Source: Balanoglossus misakiensis | Lineage: Eukaryota > Animalia > Hemichordata | Length of the DNA stretch: 64,000 bases | NCBI GenBank assembly: GCA_040954595.2 | Contig: CM082581.2 | Coordinates: forward strand, 11,778,286-11,842,285 | Direction of reading: 5' to 3' | Shown: positions 1 through 13,400 of the stretch, one piece after another | Numbering within the stretch: position 1 is the stretch's first letter | How the letters are laid out: each line of letters opens with the position of its first letter | The notes under the pieces: generated by a model | What the model was told of the DNA's origin: nothing | Seen by the model: only the letters and a program-made list of their open reading frames with translations | Databases searched by the model: none | Program-made: the position numbers and the translations under genes

Positions 1-628
1 AGGACGAGAACATAATTATGCAAATCATCGAAACGTTAGCTTGTGTGAGTATGTACAGAGCTCAGCATTCTCTCCCGTGTCTAATTCTCCTGCGTTGAAT
101 GCCGTGCAGGAAATATAAGATTTCATGATCTGCCCAATCTCATACATTTGACTGTTCCTTTGTTGCACATGAATGTGAACGGTCGATAATGTTGACAAAG
201 AAGGTTTTAAATGCAAACGGCTCTACAAACTGTTAAAAACATACCGCCGTGTCGAATCAATAGACCCCCGAGTCAGTTCAAACCCTCGGCGGACACATTC
301 AAGAGTTAAATGGCAACGCAAATGGACAAAACCTGTCGCTCGCAATGCAATCATCGTTTAGAATTGCACCGCCAAAAGAGTGACCTTGTGTGACGTTGCA
401 GCAGACGACAGGTGTGATTAACAGTGAGGGAAGAGGTCATGGGGTCGCAAAATGACGTGCCGTGCTTTGATTTTGAGTTTGTGGTCAACAACATTTTACC
501 CAAAGACACAGCACGAGCACATCTCTTGGATTCTTTCGCCTGTCTTGGGTTTTGTTATATCGGAGCTCTATTGCTGAAGCAAATATTTTGAGCATGAACT
601 TACAAACACAATTCCTAGAATTTCTTAC

Positions 629-702
629 CTTTTCCTCAGATGGTGAGATAATGCGATTGGCTGCACAGGTAAATCAGCTGATGAAATCAACTTGAAGGTA
701 AA
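629..702 (-). other. Candidate internal exon (74 nt, probably 5' UTR) of an unidentified minus-strand gene continuing left of the window
   Basis: On the minus strand, a strong acceptor TTTTTTTTTCTTCTTCAG| and donor AAG|GTAAGA flank 74 nt. One frame is open (FTFKLISSADLPVQPIALSHHLRK) but has no recognisable homology. Confidence 0.5.
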
Positions 703-1477
703 CTGAAGAAGAAAAAAAAAGTTGGTTCTTAATTTTTCGAATGGCTGGCATTATCTGGCAATATCTCTGGTTGTAGGAAAGGGAAGCCTTCTCGTTTCTG
801 CACTATGACGACACTAACTACTTTGATGTGCTGCATCATGTGACTGTGATAATGCACTTCCATCAATGACCAAGGAGAAGTGGGAATACCAAGTGGGTAA
901 TCAATCTATCTTAAGGAGAAATTCACTGTGTCTACTTCAATATTCCTTTTCATTTTGTTAGAAACGAGGACTTCGTGAGAATGCTTTCTTATCTTTGAAC
1001 AATTCTTTTCTCGGTATTGTTTCGTCGTAGTCGATAACAAGTACATGCCCATTGAATGTGCTACTATACATTCAAGGCTAGCAGATAATATATCACAGAT
1101 CACGAATTGCAGAAACTGGCATTCACGGTTCAGTTTCCAAGTCATTGGCACAACGCATGCGCCAAATATCCCCGTTAAGATTGTGAAATGCATGCACGCA
1201 AAACGATAGCATTGTTGAAAACGAGAATGTTCTCGCTATATGGTGATGCCGGCGCTCTATTTTTAAATTGCATCGTTGACGTGCAGAGAGGCTGTATCAG
1301 ACAGTGTAACAATACAGGAGTTGTGTTAATGGAGGCGAAAAAAGAATGAGTGCATACGCATACAATACATGTCTCATCGTGAACTTATGAACTGGCCAGT
1401 AGAAATGATTGACAGCTCCAGAACGTGACAATACCGAATTCAAGAACCTGGTGACTATGTTCACCGTGAGACACCAG

Positions 1478-1698
1478 TTTATTGTCGGGTGGTAGGGATT
1501 ATGAAAGCAAATGTGAGTCACGACACACAAACAGAAAAACGCTTCATCATTAAATAAATGTTTATTGTCGGGTGGTAGGGATTATGAAAGCAGATATGAT
1601 GAAGCATTCATTCCTTTCCTACCACCCATTTTGTTTGGGGAAAGGGTATCTGAGTCACGACACACAAACAGAAAAATGCTTCATCATTAAATAAATGT
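1478..1698. repeat. Tandem duplication of ~83 bp; second copy interrupted by a partly inverted insert
   Basis: TTTATTGTCGGGTGGTAGGGATTATGAAAGCA...GAGTCACGACACACAAACAGAAAA..GCTTCATCATTAAATAAATG occurs twice. The copy-2 insert contains CCTACCACCC, the reverse complement of GGGTGGTAGG. Confidence 0.85.
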
Positions 1699-1993
1699 AC
1701 TTACTCTCGACTAAACGCCATAACTACATGTATGCATGAAAGCCTGGATTACAAATCTGACACCCTCCTTTAAAACGTTAGAGTTATAATTAAAACAGAC
1801 AAGATGTATAAAGGGAATAGTGAGAACACTTTATTTGACAAAGCATTCCCCAGCTGTAGGACTGTACCACATTGTTCCCAGTAAAAACGTGCCTGTGCTG
1901 TGAGTTCAAAATATGCTCATTTTGTCTTCCTTTACTCACAGAGGTCACCCAAACGATAGAGTTCAAACAAGCAGATGCACGTACTGCAAGAAA

Positions 1994-2007
1994 CGGAAGT
2001 GACGTCA
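1994..2007 (+). promoter_or_regulatory. Composite ETS-CRE motif CGGAAGTGACGTCA
   Basis: An ETS core CGGAAGT overlaps a palindromic CRE TGACGTCA, matching the GABPA/CREB composite motif known from vertebrate promoters. Confidence 0.4.
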
Positions 2008-4393
2008 ATAAATCGGCTCCCAGTGGAGCAAAATATAACAATCTTTACACATGAAAGTCACCAAGGTCATGTCTTTTATAGATGTGTTATTTATGTGCAA
2101 TGAATCTCGGTTCCAATAGACACCTGGACAGCTGTAGGAAACTAATATACCGATCTAATGCAACAGAAAAATCTCAACTGAAAACGATATGAGAAGTATG
2201 ACTATCGGCATGTAATCAGGAAACAAGACGCCTCGCTTCCATATATGAACTGGATTATAAATGAACACAGCGGCTATTGCATTTCACAAAGGGCAATCAG
2301 CCTACTTAAGTATATGAAAAACTTATGAAAAATGGAAATATGTATGGAATATCAACTTTAAACTAGTGACAGATAATAATGTGGGTGGCAACATTCTTAT
2401 GATAAATGTAATGTAATATAATGTATAGGCAATCAATGTAATGTAATGTATAGGCAAATCCCGAAATCAGCATTAAGAGGTAAAAATAATGTGACATTAT
2501 GAGCTACTCAGACTAAAAAGATGGATAACCCGAGACTGTGGCACAACGCGCTACTTATCTTCTCTAAAGTTATTTCAGTTGATACTTTGAGAGTCTTATA
2601 AAGCTTCCGAGAATATTCATTGGAAAGTACCATTGGTGGTTGTTTGGCCGGCGGCGGCAAAAAGAGGAATGAGGGCACTATCGTGCAAGGACAAGCACAG
2701 TAAAGTTCTCTTACATGAAGTAAGCCGCCTCTTATTTACGTGATGGATGCACTGTAAGCCGAAGAGCTCATCAGAGAGCCTGGGGGCACTTGTTGCATAA
2801 AGGGGCTTTTTTCAATGTAGTGCAGTGTCACAGATGGAACTCTGTTGCATAAAACAGCCTCCTTCGGCCATGCTTACCATGATGCGATAAATGATTTACC
2901 CAGTGGAGGTTCATGGATGAGTTACGTTCATACAATTATGAGCTGCATCACCCCACATTGAACTGCACGAGTTCGATATCTAAGCGCATATATACATTAA
3001 CGCCATCATATAAACTTGGAAACAATGGAACCCCTCGTATGAATATGTGCTAACTGGAAAATCGTTTTCAATTTATCAATGTAGTCACCACCTAATAAAC
3101 ACTAGTGTCACTAAAGTTAACAAAAGCAAATGAACCGTTTTGTCTCGTAGGAATATAATACACCAGGGAACTGAATGGATGAGGGAATGCGATCTGCGTT
3201 GAGAAGTATTTCACACCAGCTTGGACAACACTTCAGTTGCAACTTCTGGCTGCATCGGACACTTTACAGCACACGGTTTGCTAAAATGCCATCCCAATCT
3301 GTTCCACAAAACAAATATTTTTATCGACTTTTGTGCATTCAGAGAATAGTTATGCATCAATTCAAAGCCCACTATTTACTTAACAGCTGAGCAATTTGTA
3401 GCGTATATCAGTACTGACGCAATAAGCCCGCAAACAAATCGTCAGATGGTGCTTATGAAAAGTACATCCCAAGAGCGGAGAACTTTGCTGGAGTATCCTT
3501 GTTTATTCAATCAGTTGGATGGAACTTGGGTCATGCTTGAAAGTGGAGCACCAGCCAGGCGTAGGAATATTTATTATGATATTTAAAAAGCTGGTAAATA
3601 GTCTCTCGGTTAAAGTAATGAATTGATAGGCCGTGTACTGGAACGGGTCGAGCGAACATCCGTCCGCGGTTACGCTACATTCATCCTGCCCAGAAGGTTT
3701 GCCTGTGTTCACGTAGTTAACATTAATCGCATTGCGACGTGATTGTATTTGTTTGATTGAAACAGAGTGAATTCAGGATAATCTTTGTTCTGTCAAATGA
3801 TTCCCATTAATCAACGTAACTGAAACATGACAACTCAACGCAAATTTGTTCCGTTTTAATTAAGGATTTGAAAGAGATTTGTAGTCTTTGGCTCGCCACA
3901 TCCACGGCGCCGTTTATCATCTTGTATAACCACAGACAGTTTTATGGGGTATGGCAACATGTTTTATCAATACATGTTACCCTGTGCTGCTCTCTGAAAT
4001 AAATCGAACATTAACCAATAATCTATGAACGCTGGGATAATTTAACGGTGATGAGATATGTACACACTGAGAAATTGGTCTGGAGTCTGGACAGCCGCAA
4101 TGACGTAATCAGCAGTCGCCAAGTGTCACTCGATGAACGGGGTATCATTAAGAGTGACACTGAGCAATGAGAGATTGCTTCACCTGTTGATCGAGGCAAT
4201 CCTAGCGCTAATGTAGAGTATACCTGGTGATATCACTCTGCCAGAATACATTTACTCCGAGTAAGCCTGGTCGTTTACCTTGATTGTGTTCGCACACAAA
4301 CGCTGCAGATGGAAACTGCAGATACACTCCAGTAAAGACTATACTGAATGCCCATTATCACAATTTTCTGCTTGTACTAGAACAGATTATTAT

Positions 4394-4465
4394 ACATTAT
4401 GACATACTTGAAGCTACACATTATGATATACTTGAAGTTACACATTATGATATACTTGAAGCTAC
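4394..4465. repeat. 24-bp minisatellite x3
   Basis: ACATTATGA(C/T)ATACTTGAAG(C/T)TAC occurs three times, which explains the HYDILEAT repeat in ORF 4284-4646. Confidence 0.9.
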
Positions 4466-7400
4466 AAAACCATATCTATCTATCTCTCATACATGTCAAT
4501 GCAGTTTTAATCGACATAATCGTAAATCAGTGGAACTGGTTTTTACGACCGCAAATGTACTGCTGTTTCATAATCCGTGCTTGGGTGAAATGGATTATAG
4601 GTCGAGGACACAGTGTTATGATTTATATCTTAGAAGAGCTATTTAATCATCCATGGATGTTCTGGATCTTTGGGGGGGGCTGAAGTGAACCACGCTTACT
4701 CCTGCTGGGGATGGGCTTGATACCTCCTTATTCACTGATGTCTGCCCACCGGCTATGCGTTGCACTGCAGAGCAGAGAGGCTTGTGTCGACCATTCTAAT
4801 TACAAAGTAAAATCTTCATTATAAGGCACCAACATCTGCAGTTGAAACTGATTTCATACTACCCTGCCGCGTGCATAGGCTCATTGGGCCTTAGATGGTT
4901 TCACGGAACCCAGTGAGTGATTGCGATTGGCTTTCTCGGTAATTTGCTTTCGCAGCGGCCGATTGCTACTTTTGAAAAAATAAAAGATGTTTTCATCTGT
5001 TTTTATATCTATAAATTAGCATAGACTTAAAGGTTACTGGGGGAAATGACAACTATGAAGCATATCATTTTTGCTGTATATGTGAACCATCAAATCATTG
5101 CATGGTCTCAGTCCTAGAGCTGTGTCTGTTGATCGTGCATTCAGATGTTTGACGTTTCCGCTGATATCAAACAATCACCAAGCTCGTTACCATTTTATTA
5201 TTTCAATGCCAGTGATTCTATACAAAATGTCCAAGCGGAAACAAGTGTTTTCTTCTTGTGCCCTCGACTCTATTTCCCAGAGCAGTAAAACTCATTACCG
5301 GAAAGGTGAACTTGTTTATTGAAAGGAAAGATTGATCTTTTTTAAATGACGGCGGCGCGTAATATCCTGGGATGAGGAAAGGACACACATCAGCTCCCCT
5401 TTTCCCCGTGTCACGTAGAACTTGTTACCTTAATAAGGAAGGTGAATGGAGTGTCATTTACTGGGAATAATTTCTTTGGAATCTTTTGAAAAAATGCAAT
5501 TTCGCATAGTGCCTTATCAACGCGAAGCCATTGAAAAAGTCGATGGCGTCCCGAAAATGAGCAGCCATAACGATCGGGGGATTTATCCATTTCATTTCGG
5601 GGTAAACGATTCTGCGAACACTCTGAAGGTTAATTCACTTGAATTTATGGCCTGGTTTGATGCAGTCTGCTGCATTTTATGATGTCTGTTGGCAGTCGCG
5701 ATCGTTCTATAATTGACAGTATTGTGGACACGTTAGGTTTGTGGAATACATGGACCTGTGACTTAAAATTACTACAATTTGTTTGATATACGGTGTTATG
5801 AGTAATTTTGTGGATTTAAATCACAGAAAACATAGGCCTATAGTATTTTGAATATTACTCCGCATCATTGTGAGTGTGTTTTGAAGACTCATTCATTACA
5901 TATGATCATCATACAAGGATGCCTGCCACCAAAAGGGTCGTATTCCTCAAAATGTAACCATTGGGTAGTGTTTTCTATCTCGGTGATTGATCCAGTTAAG
6001 CATAGGGCAATGGCCTGCGCCTCTAATCGTCACAGAAAATGGAACACTAAACGATGACGCACCCGTTTGCAAGTTACACAACCGTTGACAAACAACTCTG
6101 TCGATTGATCGTCCTGCGACGCGTCTAGTCTGATTTTAGAGCAGTCAGTTCGATTATATCGATTCCCAATCTCATCACTTAGTCATTGTCTATCAGATAT
6201 ATTTCCCCAATAAACACTTCTTCTACTGCTATTGTTCCTCAGTGCACTGAGCCCGAGCATATCGAAAGGTTGCTAACATTCAGTTAAAACCGTCTATGCA
6301 TGCATGTATTCATGGCAATGGGTGAATATGTGATACTGAACTACTTTGCATTTGCATGTGTATACATATGACTATTTTAATTTCACTCCTCAGTACATCA
6401 CAATTACTTTATCATAATAGAAATCTGGGTTAAGTACGATAGGTTTATGCAATATATCAATGTCGGAGAAAAATATAGCAATTTCAGGGTCTTTTTCGTT
6501 AAATGTTAATGAAATCTCCCGCCAGGCATCATTCACTGTTTTGCCTATAGGGTACGGTTTTCCAAGGAGTAAATGCAACCCCTGCCTCGCACAGCATAGA
6601 GTCGCAGCGCACTACATTAATCGCAAAGTCACGTGACTGGTGAACTTTGATAGTAAATTCAATCTTCATCATCTGAAAGTCTGCCATGGTCAACCAACGC
6701 GCCTGCATTTGCAGTGGATGGAAATGTTTGCAGTAGAAAGTAAAGTGAAAAAAGTCCTATGTGGTTTATTCACTTCTCTCTACACTTGAACACTTATCAC
6801 AAAATGGTAAATTGAATGATTGTGATATGTTGCATAATTACAAATATTCATTTTGTATCACTGTTCAATAGGAAGATGGCATTCTATTTTGTCCTTGCAA
6901 AATATTCCGGAGACAACCCTTAAACAAGAAAGTGCTGTCTCGTTTCTTGTATGTCTTACAGGAGAATTTTCCAGGCAATGCGCGTCCTTGACAAGGCTTG
7001 CTAGCAGAGTGAAGGCATACACTCTGTGACCCTATTTCAACGATTACAAAAATGCAATAATCAAAGTCGGAAAACATACAAAAGGTAATGGCCTTTGTAT
7101 ATACTCCCTACTCTACCTGGAAACACTTTGCTTTATGCAGATAGCCGATATTACATTCAGGATCTTGGCATATCGGAATGAGTGGATTTGTAAACATGAA
7201 AATACCATACAAGGTCTTGTCATCCTAATAATCAAATTTTATCACGAGTTAATCAAATTTTACCGAACCACAGAAAGCTTTCTAAGGATTCACGCAGGAT
7301 AAAAGATGCTTTCCATTTCCTGAATCAGTTGTCATCTTGAAGGAGATTTATTGCATACTGATTCTTTAATCAGTTGAATACGGTATTTCGCTACGATGGT

Positions 7401-10400
7401 GATGGCGGTGAAGGAGTATGCTGTGAGAAGGCGATAGTGGTGGTGGTGATGATGATGATGATGTATATCAAACACCCATGATACATCTGCAAACCAACCT
7501 ATTTGCAAAAATTCACATATACGAAGATAAATCTGGCTACTCATATCGAAAAACCGTGAGGTTTGGGTTTCACCTTAATTAAATAAGCAAGCATTTATGG
7601 TTGGTTTAAAATTACACTTCAATAAGATCAGGCGAAACATGTTAAATCGTTTCCATATCCTGGTGTATCGGAATTTCAATTATATCATAGCTATATGCAT
7701 TACAGAAAACCTCACACAAGGTTTTGAACAAGGGGTTTGATTAACTTTCACCCCTGTTGTGTAGGCCAATAATTTTATATAAGCTTGTATAGATATCGAT
7801 GTTATTTCTTCAATCACTGCTGATCACTGGGGGCACGTATCATAGTAAGTGTATCGTAGTGTACTAACTTGTCGTCATTGTGTTAGGCACGCTTTCATTG
7901 TTACAAAATTAACCCCCAACAAACCACTAATCAAGCCAAGGAAAATCACACGCGACCATAAACTGTCATTGACACACTGGAATATCACGGACAAGTTCTA
8001 ATTTTTCTGAGTGATTTGTAGGCACGTAGCAAAGGTCGATTACCCTTTAAAGCAAATTTGTGTCTCCCTATTGTAATTGCCGGCATGGTGCAATTTGGAG
8101 ATAAAATCACAGCCTAAGGTTGATTATTTAACACGTCTGTATTTGAATCTCTTCGTGACGCAGTGTTTGTGCTTGTAGTACAACACGTTTGCTTGTTATT
8201 TATGTTGAATTAAGGTTTTCAATTATGGAACAACTAACCGCTGGCGTGTATGAGCACATTTGTCAATATGTGCCAGTATTATTAGTTGTTTGGTAGAATT
8301 GAACAAATGGATTTACTGGTGCCGAAGGTGGCCAGTTGTTTGCATTCAATACTCATTATAAAGACGCACTGTTGGCGTGACATGTGTTTATCAGTACAAA
8401 AAATCAGGCGTTCAGAGATAATACCATTAAAAAGAAATCCGCTTACTTGAACAATCTAGGATGTCCATGGCGGACTTTTGGTGTAGAGTTGATTTGCAAA
8501 AATAATGGCCAGTTGTAACCACAGTGTCTATTTCTTTCCATGGTGCACAACAAGCATTTATGTTGCAGTATGTGACGCCAAATTCGGCGTATTAAATCAG
8601 TAACTGGCCAATCCACCTGGAAAGATGTTTGTTGAATTAAAAGTATATAAAATGTGTATATAAGTTAATTTGAGTGCTATATCTTTTATCGCCCTTTTTT
8701 ATTTTTACAAAGTCAGTGGTATGACCTCGTGGCCTTTTATACTTGAACCTTCAACCCCCATAAACCTGTTCATGGTCATCAGCACGTACACTTGCAGTAT
8801 GCACTTTCATTACCTGCTGCAAATTGCTAGCCTTAATTGCATAAAACGAAATTCGAAAACGATAAAAGACCGCCACAAATGAAGCTAAGCTATTAAAATC
8901 CCCGTCATCATCACTGTGCGGATGGCAACGTATGGGCGATTAAGTCGCTAGTTATCCGGCAGATATGACCCCAAATCAACGCGGTTCACTTTGTGAAAAA
9001 TGGCGCCTTTAAATCAACTTTGGCCGAATTAAGCATGTAATTATCAGTTACTTGTAGTGTTTTAATAGGCCCTGTAATGGACACCATCACCACCTTGTTC
9101 AATTAGGACAAATTATGTTCCTGGTGGCGATCTATAGCGTGGACTGGACACCCTATGGTGCTGAATTATTATAATTGGCAGTATTGCATCATTGGTTGTT
9201 GTCATGACCACACTTTCAGATCAACAATTCCTCCAGCTGGACCCCAGTGTTATTTTGTGCCATGCAGTAAGTAATTTTTGCATAATCTGTACACACGCAG
9301 AAAGAAGCTTTGGGAAACAAATCTATTTTTACCATGATCCCGTGGGAAGTTACGCTTGAAGAATTTTCACTTTAATATCTACATTATTATCTAAAGTAAT
9401 ATTTCAGGGATTTAAGATGTGGCTTTACCAGCTTATAAAACTGAGTAAAGGCACTTCATGTTGCTGCTACTTGAAGGAAGTTCTGGATTGAGTTTGAAAA
9501 AGAACGGTCACGACTGACGTAAAATGGTATGTTGACCTACCGTAGATTCAAATAATTCAACAGTGTTTAAACGTACATGTATTTGTCAGAGCGCTACAGT
9601 GACACAGTCAGTATACTTTTTAAAGGGATGACCCATGGAATGTTCAGCAGTAATTCCCCAACTGATACGTCGAGAATATTCGTCGGATCTATTACGCATG
9701 GGATTGTGGACATATTAGAGCAAACTAAATGGAGTTACATGTACTTCAGACATGTTGATATCTAAACGTTGTTCTGTGCCCAGGCGTCTAATATATTAAT
9801 AATATAGTATTATCTAGACGATCATCTGTTCTAAACATCTCATTAAAAAGTACACATGTGCGTTCTAATTTTATAGACTGAGTCATTCTGCGTCGTTCGG
9901 TAAATATATTGAAAGAATTCAAATAATAAAAGGGATATGTGTTTACTGAAATCATGGCTATTCATTTTATTTGACGGCGTGACGCCGATTATATGTTCAA
10001 TGTCAGACGACATGTCGTGATTTTCAGCTCAGTGGGCATTTTACTTCCAGGCCATAACACACGGCCTTGAACATTGGTATGCTGTGTTGTTCACAATTAT
10101 CGTGTATTACAAGCCACTGTCATGGTGAGACAGTGGATAGTTTACATGGCGATATTTGTTGCACCATCTGGGATGGTTTGGACAACAATACCACCTCTTA
10201 CACCATCTGAAACAACTGTAAGATATTTACAATCATGTAGATATTAAAACTAACTCGGGTACTTGTGAGGCAAGAACAAAAAAGAATATTCACAATGTAA
10301 TTTGTCAATCATACTTTTGGCATACATTGCGCGATCCATGCACTTGGATATTTACCATTGGCAATGATTTGGTACTGCTAAAATGTAGGTCAGAGCAGAA

Positions 10401-13400
10401 ACACGTGTCGATGGCACATCTGAACGGCTTAATTGAACAATATGACATTTAATCATGGTGATAAATATTTTACACTTCATCAAATGAGTTCAATGCGAAA
10501 CCTGTGCTAAAACGTGATTTGTTATGTAAAAATGCATGTCTCTCTGTGAAGTCCGCAAATGTGAACTGATGATCGGACATTTTATTGCGACTGTTGGAGG
10601 TTGTTATTGTAATGTTTGTCATGACCAATGCAGTAAATTCGGAGCGTATTGACGATGTTGTGAGAATTAGCGATATCTCGCAAACGTAAAACGGAAATCC
10701 CGTACCCCTCTTATTGACTGAACGTGCGTGAATTTAAAACCACTATAAAATGTTTCAGATGTAAGAAATGTGGCCAGCTAATCAAGATCTTTTAATGGCT
10801 TTCGATTACCTGGGTTATAAAACATATAGATTTTCTGGCAATGACTATGACCGGCGGTGCTGTTTGAAATAAGTAAACTTATTAAAGAACTTTGCAGCAA
10901 ACGCATAAAAAATTTGACAATGACAAAATAAGTCCATCGAATCGTTAACTGTCTCTCTCGTAGTGCTAATACACCTGCTAACGAGTCTTTCTTTATTATT
11001 GAATTTCAGTGAATGGAGCCGAGCTTTACATTAACGCATGCGTACCTCTTACTTGGCATTTGTCTTTTTTTTCTAGAACGGATGGCACAGATGTTTGTCA
11101 AGCGTAGCATCGAAATACGGCTGACAACAATATACTTTTTATTTGCCTAATTAAGGTCCAAACACGCCTGTGACAATGAAGTTGTACTATATTTCAACAA
11201 TCAAGGTCATGTTTGGTATAACAAGGGCTTTAGTATTTGTCTGTTCGATTAATATAATCAGGTCACATGTTGTGAGAATATCATGTTTCGTGAAAATATT
11301 AGTTACCATGGTGCTATTGATTGGGTTAAAAGCAGGAAAAATTCTGGCAATGTAGTGCTCGCCGAGAAATTTGTATACAGTATTTTTATCGTTATACCTC
11401 TGTCAGTATATGTGAAGTTCATGTGTTAACTGCAGTGTATATGGCTGCCCATGAGCAGTTTTAGTATTAATTTGCTCGATGATCAGTGAACAAATTCAGA
11501 ATGTATGCTCGCCTTCTGTACGCCGCCCAACGCAGTTCCAAAAGTTTATGGGTCAATACGCACACCCTGACAAAAGCATAATGATGGTATAGTTTTTGAA
11601 AATGACGTCAGATTGAGCGGAAATGCCCAAGGTTTACTTCACTAATGAGGTGTCATCATTGATAAAGCTAATGCTGTTTCAGGGGAGCAGTACAGAGGAA
11701 GTAAGTCTAATAAATTGGATATTTCCCCCTGAAAACCATTGCAGAGGGATTCAGTTCATTCAACTCTAAGAAATACCTTCAGCTAATTAACACAGGTACA
11801 TATCTGTGTGCTACAAAAGGTCCTGGCCAATGGTAGTGTTCAGAAGATTACATGAGTACATATGATGAGAAATGACTATTAGCCAAAACATATGTTAATC
11901 CATAATGAAGTGATCAACACTGCATGTCTTGGGGTTCTTGCATGAACACCGGTTTACATGCCTTGCAAATGTTCATGGAACCAAGTTGGTAACATTTTGA
12001 AGAAGATCCCTGTTACGCTTTTGAAATAAGACTATATTATCAGCTCAGGCACCATTATGTCTATAAATTGTAAGGCTCAGTACACCAGTTTCGCGCCTCT
12101 TTACAATATTGAAACATCTTTCACCACAAGAAATCCTTTTATCAGAGTGGATAGTAACGAAACGAAGCCCTCACAAAATAATGTGTAAACTAAAGAGAAT
12201 ACAGTAGTGTGTATTTTCCTTCATAAAATCTCCCGTTGTCGAGGAATGTATTTATCACAGTGGTAATAGGGCTATTTACATCGCATATATGATGTTAACA
12301 TTTTAGGGCAGCCACAATAGACCCACAGGGGACAGGGGCTTACACAAACTTACGTTTTACAAAGAGATAGTGGTTATGCTTCAGTGATATAGTATGCCGC
12401 TGTCGGAGAATGCGAGTTAGAGCGCAGAGATAAGAGGATATGTACGTCGGGATTTCATGCTGGTAACGTATCAGACAATTTGGATGCACAAGAGAATGTG
12501 GCTTTCCAAAAGGACATCCAAATACGACAGAGAGAAGAAATGTTCGAACAATGATATCATCACTCTCATTTCATTCGAGCTGTTTGCGTATCTCCCTCCT
12601 AACCTATTTCATGTCTGACTGCGTCAAACTTTAAGATGTTTGCTCGAGGAATTTTACATCACTCGTCATTTGGCATAATTGTGTTGATAGCGGAGACATT
12701 CTCTGTCTTCGACAAATTCTCCCCGCCAGTCAGTAATTGCCGTAAAGCATGCCTGGGTAACTTTGCTAATCTGTTCGTATTTATATTATCTCCAAGCATC
12801 GGTCACTCGTTGTGAATCACATTAAGTTCTGTTTTGGACAACAGCAGAATTACTTTGAGATCATGAGAAATCCACAGGAACCCAAATTCCAAAAACCACA
12901 ATGAAGAACCCTAGACAATGGAAGCCACCAAGGAGATACAAAGTCAGCAACCGACCTTCGGAGGAAATAATTAATCTGTGTGGTATGCATCTACATAGGA
13001 ATCTGGGTTGAAGACATTGGCTTTCCCATATGTCACAAACAGAGCAAATTGGCCAAATAATCCCACCATGTTCAAGGACAACATCCAGCGCTCTTAAGTG
13101 CATCGTCTAACCGATCTCGCTTTTTGCGATTAAGACGGAAAGGTCAAATACTTTTTCGAGACCCACCTTAACCTGGAACAGTGGCTCCACGGCAGTAGTT
13201 GCATATTATTATTTCAATCCTGATTGATCCATAAAGTAAAAGTCAACAAAACTATTTGAGCAGGACCAACTTTCAATATTGAAACAGGCAGGATTGTTTT
13301 AATTTGAAACTAATCGTTTGATCACTGACATACATATCGACATGAGTTTTAACTGGAACATGCCAAATGTAAAGGGAATTTCCGCCATATCAGATGCAAG

